A stretch of 64,000 nt of DNA from Octopus vulgaris (taxonomy: Eukaryota): contig OX597825.1 in the NCBI GenBank assembly GCA_951406725.2, forward strand, positions 89,280,001 to 89,344,000. Reading direction: 5' to 3'. Positions 61,100 through 64,000 of the stretch are shown here, in pieces (position 1 is the stretch's first letter; each line of letters opens with the position of its first letter). The notes beneath the pieces were generated by a model that was not told the origin of the DNA, searched no databases, and was given only the letters and a program-made list of their open reading frames with translations. The position numbers and the translations under genes were made by a program.

Positions 61100-61358
61100 A
61101 TATATATATGTGTTTATATATATATATATGTATATATGTATGTATATATATGTATATATATATGTATATATGTATGTATATATATATATGTATATATATG
61201 TATATATATGTATGCATATATATATGTATATGTATGTATGTATATATGTATATATGTATGTATATATGTATGTATGTATATATGTATATATATGTATGTA
61301 TATATATATGTATGTATATATATATGTATACATATATATATATGTATGTATATATGTT

Positions 61359-61398
<40 letters not shown>

Positions 61399-61453
61399 CA
61401 GATCTACATGTATATATATGTGTATATATATGTATATATGTATATGTATACAT
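60577..61453. repeat. (TA)n/(TATG)n tract
   Basis: Directly visible. Confidence 0.97.
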
Positions 61454-61661
61454 ATGTGACCGCGTGTGTACCGTTGGCGATTTTTTTTCCTCCTTCCCTT
61501 CTCTGGTTCTTTCCCTTTCCTATGTTTCTGACGAAGAGCTCCTCTCGAAACGTAAAACTCTCCTTTTTCCCTTCCTTCCTGAGCGTCCAATAATACTATA
61601 TATGTTCCACGTCCTCGCGTTGTTGTGTTTTCTCTTTGTGTTTTCATGTTTGGATTAACTA
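61454..61661 (+). mobile_element. HHR repeat family H3 (solo pLTR-like)
   Basis: Second copy at 11311-11475; pyrimidine-rich; TA flanks. Confidence 0.75.
61524..61558 (+). ncRNA. Minimal hammerhead ribozyme motif (family H3)
   Basis: gttt-CTGACGA-a-gag(ctcct)ctc-GAAA-c-GTA-aaac; ACGT palindromic stem III typical of PLE minimal HHRs. Confidence 0.8.
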
Positions 61662-61679
61662 TGTGTGCTTATATATATG

Positions 61680-61734
<55 letters not shown>

Positions 61735-62246
61735 ACGGAAACTGTAATCGTTTTGGATAGTATTCTGTATATTAGACTTAGCATAAGTCTACCTTCGAAA
61801 GCCATATTACTGCGATATTTGTCTCGAGAATATGTCTCATGAAGACCCTAAGAATGGTAAAATCCACGGAAGTCGATCAGAAGCAGTAGTGCTAGCGTTG
61901 CTTGTTCATAGTTTACGTGTGTTTGCATGTCATTTGTAGCAGGTAGCGACACCCTGCTGTCTGCTTGGGTAAATTTCGCTTCTATCAACTCACAAAACCC
62001 ATACTGGCGTGATAGTTTGTTATTATTATTAGTTATTGTCAGCAGTATAATTTATGGCGTTTACCGCCACACCACCAACACTAAGTTGCATTTATGTACA
62101 ATGATATGTTAGATTCCCCTTTCTCGTTATGATCGAACTTCTCTCATTGTGTTTCAGTCTTATGGTGATCTCATCGCCTTTCTTAAAACATATGACAGGG
62201 ACCAGTTGAAACGACGCTTTCAAACCCATAAACAATTAACACAGTT

Positions 62247-62277
<31 letters not shown>

Positions 62278-62539
62278 TACATTTGTATAAATATACATCT
62301 CACATAAACATGTATATATGCATGTGTAGTGATGTAGTGAACTATGCATCAATTTCTTTTAAATAATTCATTATATAATTGTAGACGTGGGTTTGTGTGG
62401 ATGGAGGACAGCAATATCAGGACAATTGAATGACAGATACGAAAATGTATTTACCAGAGTGTCACAAGAAATTCTTTATTTCAATATCATAACTTAATCC
62501 CGATATACTCCTACATCCATCGATGACTCACAGAGATAT

Positions 62540-63260
62540 TCGATAAATCACATGGCGTCACTTTCCATCGAACTCACACTGTAGCTATATTGCGGACATG
62601 AAATGTTTGTTTCATGTTCATGTTTGGTGTAGAGAAATATTTAGGCCAATCTTGTTTGAGTATCGTTTTTGGAATTTATTTCCAGTTTGCTTTATGAAAA
62701 TTTAGTCAGGTGAGATTCCATGTGTTTCTAATAGGCTGAATATTTGTGGTTGTTTTTGGTACACAAGTGGCCACCTCTTTTATACTGCGATTCGAAACAA
62801 GTGTTAGTGACGCTTTCTCATTTTGGATAATATCAATAATTTGTGAAGTAGATGCCTAGTATACTATTTACCCTGACTGACCAGAGCCCAATTTGCTCCA
62901 TTGACAAGTTTGAGCTGGGACTCCACTTGAACTTGTTTGTGGCGTGTTAGTACATACAACAATATCGATTTGTCTTAGTTGTGTCACCTTGGGTGTGAGG
63001 TCTTCACAGATGTATACTGTAATTCCACTGTGGCTCTTTTCTCTTGTTTGTTCGTAATACAACATACTGCAGTATGTGTATTTCTGCGTCCGTATATATC
63101 AGGTATAAGATGCGATTCTAAGCTTGCTATGCATATGTTCGTCTCTAGCAAATTGTCGCAACAGCTTTCTATATTTCTGTATGTGTTGATTTGAGGACCA
63201 ACTCCTTCAACGTAACCTTCGGATGCTTTCCTCACAACATATCATCATTATAATAAAACC
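62540..63260 (-). mobile_element. Old LINE family A-related APE-region remnant
   Basis: 62641-62715 aligns with 4754-4830; ICIASLESHLIPDI resembles ICMALTETHLEPDI. Confidence 0.7.
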
Positions 63261-64000
63261 TTCCACATGCAATTCTCTCCTACTTTAATATCGTGACTCG
63301 TCTTTTTATTTCATGACCTTTGATTACTTATACTCAACATTCATTTTAAGTTATAAATGTAAATGTACAAAAAGACTTTTACCTTTCATACTTTCAGTTA
63401 ATCTTGCTCAATGAAGTTAGAGGTGATGATCAGAAGAGCACTATATGAGGAAGTGGACTCTGTAGGAAAGTGTGAGGAAAACTGCTTCTTGTTCTTTACC
63501 GCAGATCTAATTCGACTGAGCAAATCTGGTATAAATGCTGTTACCAGATCACCTATCTTTCTTTAGGATGAACGGAAAACGATATAGCGATTAGTTCTTG
63601 TTAGAAGAGCAACCCATATAATGCCTCATTCGTTAGCGCGCTAATCAACAACTTCGAATGTTACAAATATCAAAATAGGAATTTGCACCAAGTACTATAT
63701 ATTCTTCCGCGGAATTTCGATTCCTAGTCGAAGCAATTTTACTTGTATGAACGTGACTTTATCGAGTTTTTTTCCCAACCAATGCAGTCAATAATGACAC
63801 TCGGAAGCCGTTTCATTGGCATTTGTTTATCAAGCAATGTATCAATTTATGTCGATATTTTCTTTTATAATTTCGTTCTACTTCACAACTCAACCGTCAA
63901 TTCCATGTATGTACGAACTTCGTTTCAGCCTTCGATAAATTGAATGGACGTATTTCATCTATTTATCTTATTACGGCTCTGTATAAAAAGAAAAATGTTT

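Overview
AT-rich, repeat-dominated eukaryotic DNA with no host gene I can support. The SINE families and (TA)n load suggest a coleoid cephalopod such as Octopus (inference from recalled repeat sequences, not a search). Contents: (i) long (TA)n/(TATG)n/(CA)n/(TATC)n tracts, which account for most ORFs in the track; (ii) about 12 fragments of CR1/L2-group LINEs from three families, one keeping a CCCH-finger ORF1 and an APE domain; (iii) a young head-to-head inverted Penelope-like element with RT and GIY-YIG (23684-26973); (iv) an internally deleted IR/DR-type Tc1 transposon; (v) several tRNA-derived SINE families. The most notable signal is about 14 hammerhead-ribozyme (HHR) motifs from about 8 unrelated non-coding repeat families, including variant cores (G3-C8, C4, U8). 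Most sit in elements with the same layout as the coding Penelope: inverted arms with a one-sided tail, inserted in (TA)n. This looks like a set of non-autonomous, ribozyme-bearing Penelope dependents. All alignments and folds were done by eye; coordinates may be off by a few bases.
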